Source: Zancudomyces culisetae HAW-14-8
Lineage: Eukaryota > Fungi > Kickxellomycota
Reading direction: 5' to 3'
NCBI GenBank assembly: GCA_052426225.1
Contig: JBNJNM010000009.1
Coordinates: 310,001 to 374,000, forward strand
Length of the DNA stretch: 64,000 nt
The translations under genes were made by a program, and so were the position numbers. The notes beneath the pieces are model-generated. The model saw nothing but the letters and a program-made list of their open reading frames with translations. It was not told where the DNA came from and did not search any database. This document shows positions 36,608 through 50,053 of this stretch, piece after piece (the first letter of the stretch is position 1; each line of letters begins with the position of its first letter).

Positions 36608-38305
36608 TTAAATAAGAATGGCGGCAATAGTGGCGGAAACACATGTAGCAGTTGCACCTGTAACCATAGCCGAGAATGCCAATTTGACAAGATCTGCCTT
36701 TCTTGAGGGTGCAATAGCTCCAATAGCTCCAATCTGGATACCAATTGATGCAAGATTGGCAAATCCACAAAGTGCGAATTGAACAATAATCTGGTTACGT
36801 GGTGTAAGAATACTGTAGATGCTAGGGCCTGAAGTTGCGTCATACAAGTCGGCGTAGGCTACAAATTCGTTAGCAACTATCTTTGTAGCAAGAAGGTATG
36901 CAACCTTAAGCAACTGTTTGTTTCCTGAAACTCCAAGAAGCCAAGCGAATGGATAGAGGACATATCCGAGAATAAGATTAAGAGTTAAATCAGTGATTCC
37001 AACAAAGTTACCAAACCAGGTGAGCATGTAGTTGACAAAGGCAAGCAATGATACAATGGCGATCAATGAGGCTGCAATAAGCAGAACAAGTGTCATACCA
37101 AGAGCAGCACCATTACCAGCAGCGTGAAGCAAATTGACATCGGTTTTCTCCTTGTCTGGTACTACTATTCTTCCTCTAGTTAATGGCTCGCCTATCTCTG
37201 GATATCTGAGTTTTGAAAGAGCGAGTGAGCAAGGGATTGACATGATACATGATGTAAGGAGGTAGGAAATGTTTGCACCCATAGAGAGATATCCTGCCAA
37301 TACGGATCCTGAGATTGTTGAGAATCCTGATGCCATAGTGGCATGAAGTTCTGAAGCGGTCATGTAATCAACGTAGTTTGCTACCAGGACTGCTGATTCA
37401 CCCTGTCCGACAAATGGACTCGCGGATGCTACTACTGATTCTGCACCTGATGTGTTCATTACCTTTGTGAAGAACCATGAAAGTTTACCAACTAACCATT
37501 GCATTCCACCCAAGTAGTAAACCATTTGAATAAAGGACACAAAGAAAATAATCGCAGGGAATACAGATGTTGCAAAGCTACCACTGATGTTTTGACCAAA
37601 CAAGAACTGAAGACCAGCTGACGAGAATCCAAGGAATCCACTGGCAACGTTTGCAATCCATTTGAAAAGCTCTTGTCCTGCAGTTGTCTTTAACACAAAC
37701 AGTCCCAACAACAGCTGTAAGAGAAGTCCAGTAAATACTGTTGTCCATTGGATTCTGTTTCTTGAGCGTGATGTTGCGGCCAGTAAAAGAACTATTATAA
37801 TTATACCTAGAAGTGATTGCAGTCTGTTCATTCTGGATCCATACTCAGATGTTGGTAAAGCAAGAGCTACTACCAAAAACGCAACAAATACCGCACAGAA
37901 ATATACACCAAGTCTGATTTTTCGAGACACGTTTTCAAGTGGTGAAGAGACAAAGGTTGTCCATACGCTTCCTATTGCGTTTGCAATTGGAGTAAACGAG
38001 AAAATGCTCGAAATATATTTAAGTGTAATGAACGCATATAGCAAGATGAAGGGTAACAAATTTGTCAAGTCTGTCACTTTTTTCAGTGCAAGAGAGGCGA
38101 TAAAGTATGCGGTGTAGAGAATCCAGAGAACACCATAGAAATATGTACTGTATCTGGTGCAAAGTTCCCCAATGAATGCGAATATACTATCGCGTTCCTC
38201 CTCAGCCTCGACCGGCTTTTGCATAAGCTGTTTCTCATCATGTGCTTCGTGGGCAGCCGGTTTTTCAGCGTGTTCTCCACCTCCAATCAAAGTATTCATA
38301 ACCAT
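36608..38305 (-). CDS. concentrative nucleoside transporter (CNT/SLC28, H+/nucleoside symporter)
   Basis: GAESVVASASPFVGQGES, MTASELHATMASGFSTISGS, KIVANEFVAY, FALCGFANLASIGIQIG. Confidence 0.96.
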   Translation of the reverse strand: MVMNTLIGGGEHAEKPAAHEAHDEKQLMQKPVEAEEERDSIFAFIGELCTRYSTYFYGVLWILYTAYFIASLALKKVTDLTNLLPFILLYAFITLKYISSIFSFTPIANAIGSVWTTFVSSPLENVSRKIRLGVYFCAVFVAFLVVALALPTSEYGSRMNRLQSLLGIIIIVLLLAATSRSRNRIQWTTVFTGLLLQLLLGLFVLKTTAGQELFKWIANVASGFLGFSSAGLQFLFGQNISGSFATSVFPAIIFFVSFIQMVYYLGGMQWLVGKLSWFFTKVMNTSGAESVVASASPFVGQGESAVLVANYVDYMTASELHATMASGFSTISGSVLAGYLSMGANISYLLTSCIMSIPCSLALSKLRYPEIGEPLTRGRIVVPDKEKTDVNLLHAAGNGAALGMTLVLLIAASLIAIVSLLAFVNYMLTWFGNFVGITDLTLNLILGYVLYPFAWLLGVSGNKQLLKVAYLLATKIVANEFVAYADLYDATSGPSIYSILTPRNQIIVQFALCGFANLASIGIQIGAIGAIAPSRKADLVKLAFSAMVTGATATCVSATIAAILI

Positions 38306-41300
38306 TTCTAGCGCAGGCTAATGGGGTTTTCGATGGCAAAAGACTAGATAAGCTAAAGGTTGTAAATTACGGGCGCCTTTAAATTAGCTAGAATTAATAT
38401 AACAATATTACGTATCAGCTTTCTGAAAAGCTACTGATCAAAAAATAATAATAATAATATATATAAGTACAACTATTTGAGAGAGGAAGGAGATAAGAAA
38501 AACCACTCTCTTATATATAAGTTGGCATTTCACTTTCGATCTCCATTACTGGTGTTTGTGTTCTTTTCCACCCTTTTCACTCTTTTCTACATCCTACTTT
38601 CGTGACTTCTTAATCTTGTGCAAAGTCCTATTTCATATCATCTCTGTAGCCAATTATAAATCCGTTATTTTTATAGTTTCCTCAGCATCCATACATTTAC
38701 CTTATGAACTTTGTTCTGTTAGCTAAACTGTATCAATTATTTGAAAAGTCGCCCATAACTTTATGAAATAGCACCACTTTGTTTTGTTTTTTTTACCTTT
38801 GTTTGTGCTGTCATCTCTGCATTCTAATTTGGGCAATTTTAATATGAAAAAATTTTTTATCACTCATTCTGTTGATCTGAAGGCATTGCTATCTCTACAA
38901 AACTTTAGCCATTTCCTCAAATCTAACCTTGTTTTTTCTACGAATCCAATTCGCTCACTAATTTATGTAAATTTTGTGTTTTGGGTCAATTTTTTATTTT
39001 CAAATTAGCAATTATTATTTAAAAAAAAGCACTCGACATTTTGCACAAGCTTTACAGTTTCAAACTTTCTACCAATGAATTATCTATATATTTCTGAACA
39101 GCAAATACAATCTAGTTTGATTATTTTTTCTCTACTCAGCGTATTTTTTTCTACCCGATATTAAAAATACTCGTCAATAAAAAATTTTGGTTAATATTTT
39201 TTTTGTAATTGCCAGAGGTTCTCTGCGTTATGACTCGGTGTATTGAGGCAAGCTTTCGTTTTTTGTAATCACATTTCAACTCACAGTTCAGTTTTTCGGT
39301 CTATACTACCACACCACCTTTTTATATTAATATGAGGCTCAAACTAATTTGCAAAACATTACAAATATTATTATAGCGATTTTTTGATATATAGTGCTTA
39401 TAATAACACATTCAGGCTTTGCACCCTCCCTCTCTTTTACAATTTTTTTTTGCCGAATTTGTGGTAGTTTGTAAATTAACAGATGTTATTAATTTTTCTG
39501 TTTTTACTCGTACTGTAATTGGCGCGCTCGTTTCTGCATCATTCACCTGTGCAATTGGTTTCTGGAAATGTTTCATGTGTAATTTGCTCTTGTACACTCA
39601 ATGCAAACCCCTGCCCAAGCTAAATCAGCTCCTTGTGATAGTTACTACATGCATTAATTGGCCGATTAAATTTCACTTGATAAAGTAATGCGGTATGCGG
39701 ACCAAATCATCGGCTACATGAAGTATTATGGTTTTCTGGGTGTGTTTTGACTTTTTCGATTTGATATCCATATATGGGGTATCATCAATATTAATACAAC
39801 TATTTAGTTAAATACACTTGGTTCTTTGTGCATTTTGATGCTAGAGTGGAATAAAAACTGATTCTAATCATTTAGCCATAAATGGTCATATACCTAGCCG
39901 AAATTCCAATTATTACGCTTTTGGAGTTTCAAAACACATATTGGCTTTCCCGCTTTTCTGCGCACTTGTACAACATTTATACCTCATCAAGAAAAGGTGG
40001 TGCTATATTTGTATAGATCCACCCAATCACTGCTGTATTAATTTTAACTTTACCAAGCCTATCACCAGCCCTATTATTGGAGAAGTCCCTAAAAAGTTAT
40101 ATTATTACCTGCTTTAGCATACTTTTGCCCACTATATCTCAAAACCAAATATGTGCCATAAATATGAAAAAGGGCGAATAAATTAACGTAAACACTATTT
40201 CTATTTATCGTTTCATGTGTGTTACGTAGTCGATAAAAAATCGACAATAAAATGGAGTTTAGTATGTTGATTGATACTACACAACTCCATTTAAAATTTA
40301 CCAATATATCTACTTACATGAAAACCAATATTATTAAAACAAACTTTTAACCCGCTAAATAAAAAACCCCTAAAAAGATAAGGATAAATATTATAATGTG
40401 TCAACTCTGGTTTCTATGGATAGATTTAATATAATAATTCAGCGCGGCCATTTACCGAGTTCAAATTTGTCCATTTAGTCCCTTTAGAATCAGATCCACC
40501 ACAATACTAAATAAAAATATCCTACTAATTGTTCGGTTTGATCTATTTGAATTTAATTGAAAAGCTGAAATGCGGACAAGAGAAAAAAAAATCAGATTCA
40601 ATGTTGCCCTTGTGTTTGGCTTAAAAAATACTAAACTAAAATAGAAAATTACCCAAAGTAGGGAAGAGAATAAAAGAAAGGAAATATTGTTTTACATAAT
40701 ACATCCTTAATTCGTTTGTGTAGTTGGGGAAACATCGAGTCTCATTCCATATGTGTTTTTTATTCCGTCTCTAAAGGGGAATTAGGGGTGGTGTACTGTG
40801 GGAAAGTACTACTGAACTAATAGTAGTTTTTTCTAATACTCTAGTTTTTAGATCAGGTCATATATAATGATGGGGAGGAGGGGGACAAAGCGCATAAAAG
40901 AAATGTGTAAATTTTAGAAAATTTTTCAACTTATTTTCTGGCGTGAAAGTGGTGTTTTAAGGTAACCAAGTAAAAATAAAATTGTATATCAGCAAGCCCG
41001 TTCTTTTATAAGAACGAATGTTTTATTCCGTGATTATTGTAACTGTATGAATCTTGGAATGGAAAACGAGCCTCAGTGATGATACCACTTTTTTCACTGC
41101 ATATGTTGGGGTTTTTGAAAGTATGTACTAATTTTATTACTAGTTCTTCATTTTTAAGCAATATTCCTGCGGCTACATATAGTAAATATCAGGACACATA
41201 TAAATAAAAACATAAAGAAATACACCATTCCAGTTTACAAGCACATTGCGACGGTATTTACGCCAACTGTCACTTGTGTATCTGCTTGTGCCAAAAACGT

Positions 41301-43662
41301 TCTTTGGCTTTTCTCCACGCAAACAACTTTCGGTTGTTGCTAAGTGGTTTTTGAGGTTTTCAGTGGCACGAGCTGGTTTTTGTTTAGAGACAGTGTATAT
41401 AACAAGAAAGTATTTGCTTGTACCAAATGCCCTACCAATTGTAGCATATTTTGCGTCATTTATTTAATTATACAATTATAAAATTATTATTTATGGGTTA
41501 GCTTTGCCAATCCAATGATATAAATGAGTGTTGGGCGTAAACTAATTGATATCTTATAAAACTATTGATACATTCAGAATAAAATCGATTTTTTGTGGTG
41601 CCATTCCTACTGTTGGGACGAAAAATATCATAATTTTGATTACATGCTCCACTTAAACTCAAAGATCAGATATTAATTAAATACTTCTTTGGGCATCAAC
41701 TCGACATTTATTATTTTTAAAGGAAAAGTATATTCCTTAGCATTTAGCGAATGTAACTGTTATGATTTTACTGGATATATAATAACGTGGTTTTATGCGT
41801 TTGTCAAAGCCCATGATCAGGTGTTAAACGCTGTTGTAATCCAGCAATATAATATTTTCATTCACTTATCTAGCAAAAATGGCACTATTTCCTATGCTTA
41901 CCAGTGCATTAGCAACATGTATTTCAGCTATTTTAATATTCCTAAGAGTTTAGCTACCAAATCAATTAATCAGGTATATGTACAAGCATATATAGCGGTT
42001 GTGGTGAGATGAGTAAGATAATAGCAAAATATAAGAAAGCAAAGCATATCAAAGTAATATTACGTATTAGCGCCATTTGCGGTTTATTGCCAAAATCTAT
42101 GAAAGAAAAAATCAAAGCTGTAAATAAGAATCAGGGAATTGTCTTATTTTATAGTATCTTGATAATTTTTCTTTTGCGTGAGAGGGGAGCGTATTCAAAT
42201 TGTGCTACGGTCGCATTAGACCCAAACAAAAACAAACACATGCATTTTGATGTTAAATATATATATTTTTTATCAAAATGTTGACTAAAAGAGTCGTTTA
42301 AAGAGTTGCGAAGCGTGTATACGCGTGTATCAAGAGAGATGAGCTTATTATCGTGGTTTATACTACTCTACTACTGATACTACTACTATTGTTGGATATA
42401 AGTATGTTAGGTCAACTACAAAAACCTCTCATAAACTCGAATGGGTTGGCACAAGGAAACACATGTATTATATTTGAAAAATTCATTGCTCGCAACTATG
42501 AGTGTATGTATTTTGTAGTGGTTTAAAGAGGAATCTTTTTTTTTTGAAGTGGGTTTGGTAAGTTTAATATAGTTAGTGCGTAATAGGTACAATATAAAAT
42601 GTTAATTAATAGCTTAACAAAAACTCCACCTAACACATTCAAAGATGTTGAGCTTTGCCTAGTGCAGCGAAAAAGTATAGCTCTGTTTTGGGGGCCATTG
42701 TGATTAAAAACATGAAAGTAATGTTGAAGTTGGTGTTATATATTTGGTACAGGATAGCCAAACATTGGGAGAAAAAAAAGGCACCGATCACAAAAATGTG
42801 GTAATATGTTCATTTTCAGGTAGTGAGAAGATATATATGTTGCATACTATACCTGAAAAGAATGCAAATGAAGAGAGGTATCGATCTTTTCCTGTTATTG
42901 GCATGCTTCTGCTTGCTTATTTAGTAGAGGATGCTGATATATGTATGGTGTTCATCCTTTATTGACAGTTCCAGAATGCAGTTGGTGAAAATTTTTTTTC
43001 CGTTGATATTCCTATGATTGTTTATTGAAACTATTGCTTGAAATATTAAAACAAAAAAACTGATATATGCCCAATCACAAAAGGGGTTGTAAAGTAAAAA
43101 ATGCATTCAGTTTGGCTATAAATTCTTGATGCGGAACCGTTTTTTTTTTTTTGGATTAGGATTAGCAAGGAGGGGGGGGGAGGGGAGGAGAATGCAAGAG
43201 CAAATAAATAGAAAAGAGGAGTTTTGAACTTGAAGAAAATAAAAATGACCATGAAATTCTGTTATGTTTCCAAATCTAATTTGCTAAAAAATAAGTTAAA
43301 GAGCAAAGTAAGTGAATTGGCCAATGGATTGCATAGAAAATGTGCGCTGGCGAATAAAATTCTTGCTGATTGAGAGAATTTAAAAAAAAATACAAAATAA
43401 AAGTCTACAAATGAAAAATGTGCTAAATGTAATAAGGGAAAAATTCCAGCACAGCAAAAAAACCAAAGAAGCTACAAAAAAAAATAAATAGAAATCCGCA
43501 ATTTAAGAGCTACTGAACAAGTCGATATCCATATCTATCTAGCTTTAAAAAAATTTTGTTATTTTTTGTTATTTTTTGTTCTCATATTTTTTAACATTTG
43601 AGATTAAAAGATAGTACCTTCAAAGGCCAGGTGGTTAGGGATCAAAGGAAAGAAAAAACAAC

Positions 43663-44448
43663 ATGGACATTGACGTAACACAAGTCTTGGTGATCGGGTT
43701 GACATTTGTTGTGGGCTTTGTGCTGGCTACACGAATGAGTGCTAGCAACAAAGATTCAGACAAAAAGCAAGGCGCAAAGAACACGGGCTCGAGCGAGAAA
43801 AAGGCAGAGAAGAAGGCTCAATCAGCAACCAGTGGAAAGAGTGTAAAAGCGAAGCCCAGTAATGTTGAAAAGGTTGAAAAGGTTGAAGCTGTTGCAAGCG
43901 CCGAAAAGCCACAACAAAAGATAGTCCCCTCAGTTGAAAAGGTTGAAAAGGTTGAAAAAAAGAAACCAGCAAAGACCGAAAAGAAAAAGGAAGTTGTTGT
44001 TGAGGTTGTTGAAAAGCCAGTAGTAAAGGAAGCCGAGGTACCAGCAGCGGCTGAAAAACCAAAGGCTAAAAAATCAAAGAAGAAGAAGGCAGCAGTTGCC
44101 GAACCAGTTGAAACAGCCGAACCAGTTGACTCAGAAACAAGCGCTACTGAAAGCACAGAAAATGTCAACGATTCTTTGAGCCAGAACGAGGATCAGGATG
44201 AGTGGACCGTAGTTCCTGGAAGCAGAGGATCCAGCAACACATCTGGCTCAAAGAAGGGAAAGAACAAGGACAAACAAGGAGGACAATCCGAGGGAAGCCA
44301 AAAGTCTAAGAAAAAGACAAACACATTGTCAAACAACAACTTTAGTGCTCTTCTTTCGATCCCAACTGATTCAAAAGATTTTGGAGGTTCCACTAGCTCC
44401 AAGAAGAGTGGTTCATCATCTTCATTGAATGGAAAGAAGAAGAAATAA
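43663..44448 (+). CDS. hypothetical single-pass membrane protein with Lys/Glu/Ser-rich disordered tail
   Basis: N-terminal hydrophobic anchor (VLVIGLTFVVGFVLA), VEK repeats from GTTGAAAAG units, strong codon bias. Confidence 0.85.
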   Translation: MDIDVTQVLVIGLTFVVGFVLATRMSASNKDSDKKQGAKNTGSSEKKAEKKAQSATSGKSVKAKPSNVEKVEKVEAVASAEKPQQKIVPSVEKVEKVEKKKPAKTEKKKEVVVEVVEKPVVKEAEVPAAAEKPKAKKSKKKKAAVAEPVETAEPVDSETSATESTENVNDSLSQNEDQDEWTVVPGSRGSSNTSGSKKGKNKDKQGGQSEGSQKSKKKTNTLSNNNFSALLSIPTDSKDFGGSTSSKKSGSSSSLNGKKKK

Positions 44449-45240
44449 ATTATGACTTTGAGATGCACGGTTGTGTTCCAATTCCTTTGTTTTTTAAAGT
44501 TGTCTAGTGATTATATGTGCTCATGTACAAAGTTTTAATAACTATACTCGTAGTTACTATATAAATACTTTTTTTTTTAGGTGTTTTAGGGCACTTTTTT
44601 ATATATTTAATTCGTTACATGTTATAGAATAAAACATAGGTTGCGTAAACCCTTGGAGATGTATCAATTGTTGAGTGCTATTTTTTGTGTAAAGCACGAT
44701 AGTTAATGTATAAAAATTATTTTCGAGTAGTTGTAGTTTTGAATGGAAAAAGAAGGAAAAAAAGAATGCAAGAGTTGGTGGTGGGGGGAGGGGAGAAATG
44801 AGACTGTACAAAGCGTGGTTTGGTGATTTGCATTTACGAGAGCCTGATGATCCTTGGACAAAGATTTCTTGTGGGCCATAATTTTTTTATTTCATTCTCG
44901 TATTTTTTTGCTTTGTTTTGTTTTAATTCGCATTTTATTTTTGAAGTTTGGATTAATTGTAGTGATTTTTGGAATAGCGAAAATAAGTAACAAAAAAAAA
45001 CATAAATTTTATTTAAATAACAAGTATTAAGTACTAAAGCGAAGGATTGGGTGCGTAATAAGAAACTGGATAAAACGGATTGAAGTGATTTTTGTTTGTA
45101 AAAGAGTAATAACAACAGGAAATTGTTGGATTTTAAAGTGGGGATTATACGGAGGTAATAGTAAGTTCGGTGTAGGCAATTTCAAACAGAAACTAGCATA
45201 CTAAAGAAAAAAAAGGTAACGATCAAAAAAAAAAAGAAAA

Positions 45241-46372
45241 ATGAGGCCAAAGCGGGTAATAGAGGCTCATGATCTGAGAAATGTTATTGAAAGGGGGCGG
45301 AACCGAGCGGGTGGAGCATCTAAAAATACAAAAGGTGGGATAGAAGATCGATTGGGCATCAAAACGGGATCTATTATAGACAGAGTAGGGTTGAGGACCC
45401 GACCAAAGGGTGTTGGAGACAGAGTTGTGAAATCGGTTGCAGGCAGACGAAGTGATAATGATATTTTGAAATCAACTTTAAACAGACGAGAGAGAGAGAT
45501 TATAGAACACGTGACAAAGAAAGCAGTGAACAAGATTATTGATAGCAGCGCAACTGGTTCACCACACGCATCCAGCAATAGGGCTCATGTCAAAGGCGAG
45601 AAGAGTGATCATGGTAACAGCAGAAATAAAAGCAGGGACAAGAGTAAGGGTGAGGCAGATGGGAAGGGAGAGTTAAAGAAGAAAGGTGTGAATATCAGCA
45701 TTAGAGGCGAGTCGGGGCCCACAGCGATATTTGTTGGGAATCTGGATCCCGAGGCATCAACAGAGGATGTTAGAACATGTTTTAGGCAGTTTGGAGCACT
45801 AGTATCATGCCAACTTTTGTATGATTCTGGGGGGAAATCAACAGGAAATGCAGAGTTGGTGTATAAAAACAAGTCAGAGGCAATTGAAGCGATAAAACAG
45901 TTGAATAACATTGTAGCTGATGGTAAGTTTACCAACTAGAGTGCTTTTATTTAGTATTAATATATTACATTGGAAAAATAAAATAGGGAGGACATTGATA
46001 GTTCAGCTGAAGGGGGATACAGGAGCAGTGCAGAATTTAGAAGCAGGAAATAATTCAAACAACAAGGTGGCAGAGAGCATCAATATGGACACAGGCACGA
46101 ATGTAGGTATGGGTACGGATAACATAGTAGCAGGAGGAGGAGGGCAGGGATATGATTATGAGTACGATTATGGGCCAACTCAAAGCGGTGATGCTAGTGA
46201 TAGACATTCTTCAGGCCGTAGAGGTAGAGCGAATATTAGTTCAGGAACTGGTGTAAATCGGGATAGAGAGTATCGACATGGAGGTAGAAGGAACAGAGAT
46301 ACATCAAGAAGGTATAATGATACAAGGGGAAATGTAAATGGGGGTTATATGGATGTTGATGATTCTAAATGA
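45241..46372 (+). CDS. single-RRM RNA-binding protein (Yra1/ALYREF/POLDIP3-like); intron 45923-45986
   Basis: IFVGNLDPEASTEDV..F.QFG..YDSGGKSTGNAELVY..A..AI..LNN..ADG|RTLIV; RG-rich tail. Confidence 0.8.
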
Positions 46373-46591
46373 TTTAGTATAGTTCACAAGTATAGTTTGT
46401 TTGTTTATTACAAAATAAGATGTTTAAGAAGTTAATTAAAGATGTGAATAAATGTGTAAAGGGGATAAAAATAAGTGGAAAAAAAAAGAGTAATGGAATG
46501 ATTGAGGTTTTGAATCGAACAATTCCCAGGCAATTTGGTAAATAGAGTTGTATTTTTAGATTGAAATTTAGTTTGTGACTTCGGAGGAGTA

Positions 46592-46657
46592 GGGGGCGGA
46601 AATGGGGTTGAAGAGGTGGGGTACAGTGGGGGTGGGGTGGGGTGAAAGGGGGGGGGG
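46592..46657 (+). other. G-quadruplex-forming G-run cluster
   Basis: Seven runs of 4 or more G within 66 nt. Confidence 0.6.
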
Positions 46658-47032
46658 AGGAGTTAAAAATGATTGAAATGAAACAAAATGTAGTAGAAAA
46701 ATGGAGAATAAATAAATAAATAAATAAATGAGCAGCCAGATGTAAACAAATAAGAAGGCAAAACGCAAGTAAAATTTGTAATAGTTTCGAGAAAAAATAA
46801 ATTGTAATTAACCCAAGTATACAAAACAACTAAAGTTGTCAAAACGCTTAGTTAATAATAAAAAAGGCAAGGGAGGAAAAAAGGAGAGAAAAAGAAAGTA
46901 TAGATAACAGTTGTATTGTAGCTTGAGGGCAATAATAACTGAAACAAAAGAGAAAACAAACGAGAACCAATTGATAGAAAAAAAAACAGACAAAGAAAGA
47001 ACTAAAAAAGGAAAGAAAGAAAGAGTAGAAGG

Positions 47033-50000
47033 ATGACGATCGGCTGTACATTTAAAGATATTCCAGAGATATTTGAGTCGGAGTCAGGAAATGCTTTACA
47101 GCACAGGACAGATGCGCTAGGTAAGACGAGAAATATATGATACAAACAGAAAGAGAGAGAGAAAGAGAAAGAGATGGGGATGGGGATGAAGAAAAAAATA
47201 GAGAGAATAATAAGTGAGAACCTGAAATATATAAATAGTGAGCTATAGAGAGTTGGGGCCACCAGATTTGTGTATAGTAATGAAAACACAGGATGTAGGC
47301 AAAAGAACAGAAAGGACAGTAAGTAGATTTAAACAAGACTAGACAACACAAAAAAAGTAACAAAGAAAAGAGGAAAGAGAAAAAACGTGATTTGAATACA
47401 ATAATGATAGGAGAGTTCAGTACATCATGTGCTGGGTGTAGATGCAACAACTTCAGCGAGTTTGGCAGCGTATATAAACTCGCTGACGTACTCACTAGAT
47501 GAGCAGACAGGATGGTTCGGTAAGACAGTAGGAGGAAAGATACAGGCAGGAACATATTGTTGCTACAATGCGTTTGGGAGAACAGAGGTGCGGGTGGAGA
47601 TCAAGATTCCAGGAGGGGTGGAGGCATATGTAGTAACACCACAGGGAGATAAGCGGGAGGCGGATGCAGAGACGTGGGTGGAGACAGGGGTGAGTGGAGT
47701 GCTGCGAGCGATAAGTTACAGCGAGGAACAGGAGTACCGCTTGGCAGGGTTGCGGCGAGTAAGTTTATTGGAGAATGAGAAGCAGGAGAATAGGTTTTTG
47801 GAGCAGGTGAGAAAGGTGTTTTGGAAAGGGTGGAAGTTAGGGTCGAATTCCGAAACGCAGGTGGCAACAACAGCAAACAACTATCTGGTGGACTGTTTGG
47901 TTCAGTATTTCCGGCAGAGTCGGCGGTACGGCAAGTTGATTGAGTTTCTGAGTGAATTTGCTGAACGAGATATTGAAATAAACAGTGTGATTGCCGATTT
48001 GTTGGTTGAGGGTCATAAAGAATTGGATGCAGTCCAACTATTACATACAAGTTTGGAGCAACGAGCTGATAGTTTTATGTTGTTGTGTTCACAAGCACGG
48101 TTTTTGCTAGCAAAAAACGAACTTGATGCGGCATTGGCAGTGGCCCAGTTGGCTGTACGTAATGCGCCATCCGAGTTTCAACCATGGAGTTTGTTGGTAT
48201 ATACACACATCCAACGACAAGAATATATGAAGGCAATTTTGACACTCAATAGTTGTCCAATGTTTACATATAACGAACCAGAAATTCCAAGATTGCCACT
48301 TGCCAAGGCTGTAAACTTTCCGCAACGATTGGATGCGTCGTCTGGGTTTGACACTGAAGACTCTGGTCCATTTTCCACGCATTCCAAGTTGGTATCTTAT
48401 GAACACACACCAACGCCTACTCCACATGTTTCATCTGCTACATCCACACCTGCCTCATCAGCTCTTAACGCCAATGGTGAGAAAATGTCACAGGCCGCTG
48501 AACTTAACACAAACGAAAAATCTGCACTTCTTCGGCTGCCTGCGACAAACCTACAAGGAACCTTTAAGCGTGCCTATGAGCTGCTTATTCTTATTGCCGA
48601 TAAAATTGGTTGGGATGATTTGTTGCGGTTAAGGTCCAGTGCGTTTGTAATGGAGGAGGAGTACCGCAATACTCTTTCGCGGACTTCAGAAGCTAGTCAT
48701 AAACGGGGTTTGGATCTAGGTGCTAGTGTTGAGGTGGATAACGATAACGATAACAATACCAACACGAATGTGGAAGTAGGTGCAGAAATGAATGCGCATG
48801 CTGGTTTGGATAGTGATGTCGATGTTGATAAAGTCGTTTCGATGGTACAAAAGGCGTCGATTGACTCACGTGAGTCACACGGTTCTATTCCCTCAATCGA
48901 GCAGAAAGAATCATCGTTTGATGAGATTCCTATTTCTGATAATGAGGTTGAGGTTGAGGTTGAGGTTGAAGCTGAAATTATCAGTGAAAATGACAGCAAG
49001 GACATGAATGGAATTGACACTGAAAATGTAAATGACACTCAAAATATCAATCAAAGTGACATTGAACATGAAAAAGAAAAAGAAAAGGAGAATGAGAATG
49101 AAAAAGAAAACTCTGTTGAAGAAGAAAAACAAGCTGAGAGTGAGATAGAGAAAAAAGACGTAGATGTAAGTGAGGAGGTTGCTGACCAGGAAGAGGAGAA
49201 GGAGGAGGAGGATATTGAAGAAATAAATGGGGAACAACAAGACGAAGAGAAAGAGGTTGAAGGAGAGATTGAAAAACCCAAAAAGAAAAAGAAAAATAAA
49301 AAGAAAAAAGCAATTCCACAAGTTGATGGTAACGATGACGACGAGACTTCACAGTTGGATATTCCCGACCGCAATGTTAGCAAATACGACAAGGATCGCA
49401 CAGGGCCCAAGAGACTATGTGAGCGTTGGTTGGATAATCTTTTTATGATACTGTATGAGGATTTGCGTGTGTACACTATGTGGAAAGCTGAAATGCAACA
49501 TCTCAAGTCTACGGGTCAGCCCATTACATACCGCCATACCCAAGCTGAATGGGAAGCGCTTGGCGATGTTTCACTGCGTTTGTTGCATCTTGAAGATTCC
49601 AAGACTGCCTTTTTGATGTCCTTAGAGTATCGGTTTAGTGCTCATGCATGGAAATCTCTACTCACTCTTACCTTGGCTCCTCCCTCTCCTTTCCTCAACA
49701 TCTCTACCTCTGTTCTTCCTCCCCCTTCCTCCACTCCTCTCCATTCTTCTCGACTTTCATCTACTCTTCTTTCTCCTTCGCCTGCTACTTCGCTAGCACA
49801 TCACGATGCCATCGACCTCAAATCCTGTCTGATTGCTACGACCTGGCTGGCTTGCAATTGTCACCGTTGGTACAATGATATGGTATATCCTTCTTTTGTC
49901 TGCAAGACTATTCTCCAGCTGGTTTCCAAGTTTGGGTTTTCCAAAGTGCAAAATTCTATTATCAGTCTTAACCTCAATCAGAATGTTTATCTGTTGATGG

Positions 50001-50053
50001 CCAAATATCTGTCGTATGCCAAGGATTTCTCTACCTTGGGATTTAATTTATAG
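47033..50053 (+). CDS. ChAPs family exomer cargo adaptor (Bch1/Bud7/Chs6); two short 5' exons upstream of the track ORF
   Basis: Exon1 FKDIPEIFE, exon2 RELGPPDLC, then HHVLGVDA..SASLAAY, YCCYNAF, AILTLNSCPMFT, KRLCERWLDNLFMILYEDLR. Confidence 0.92.
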
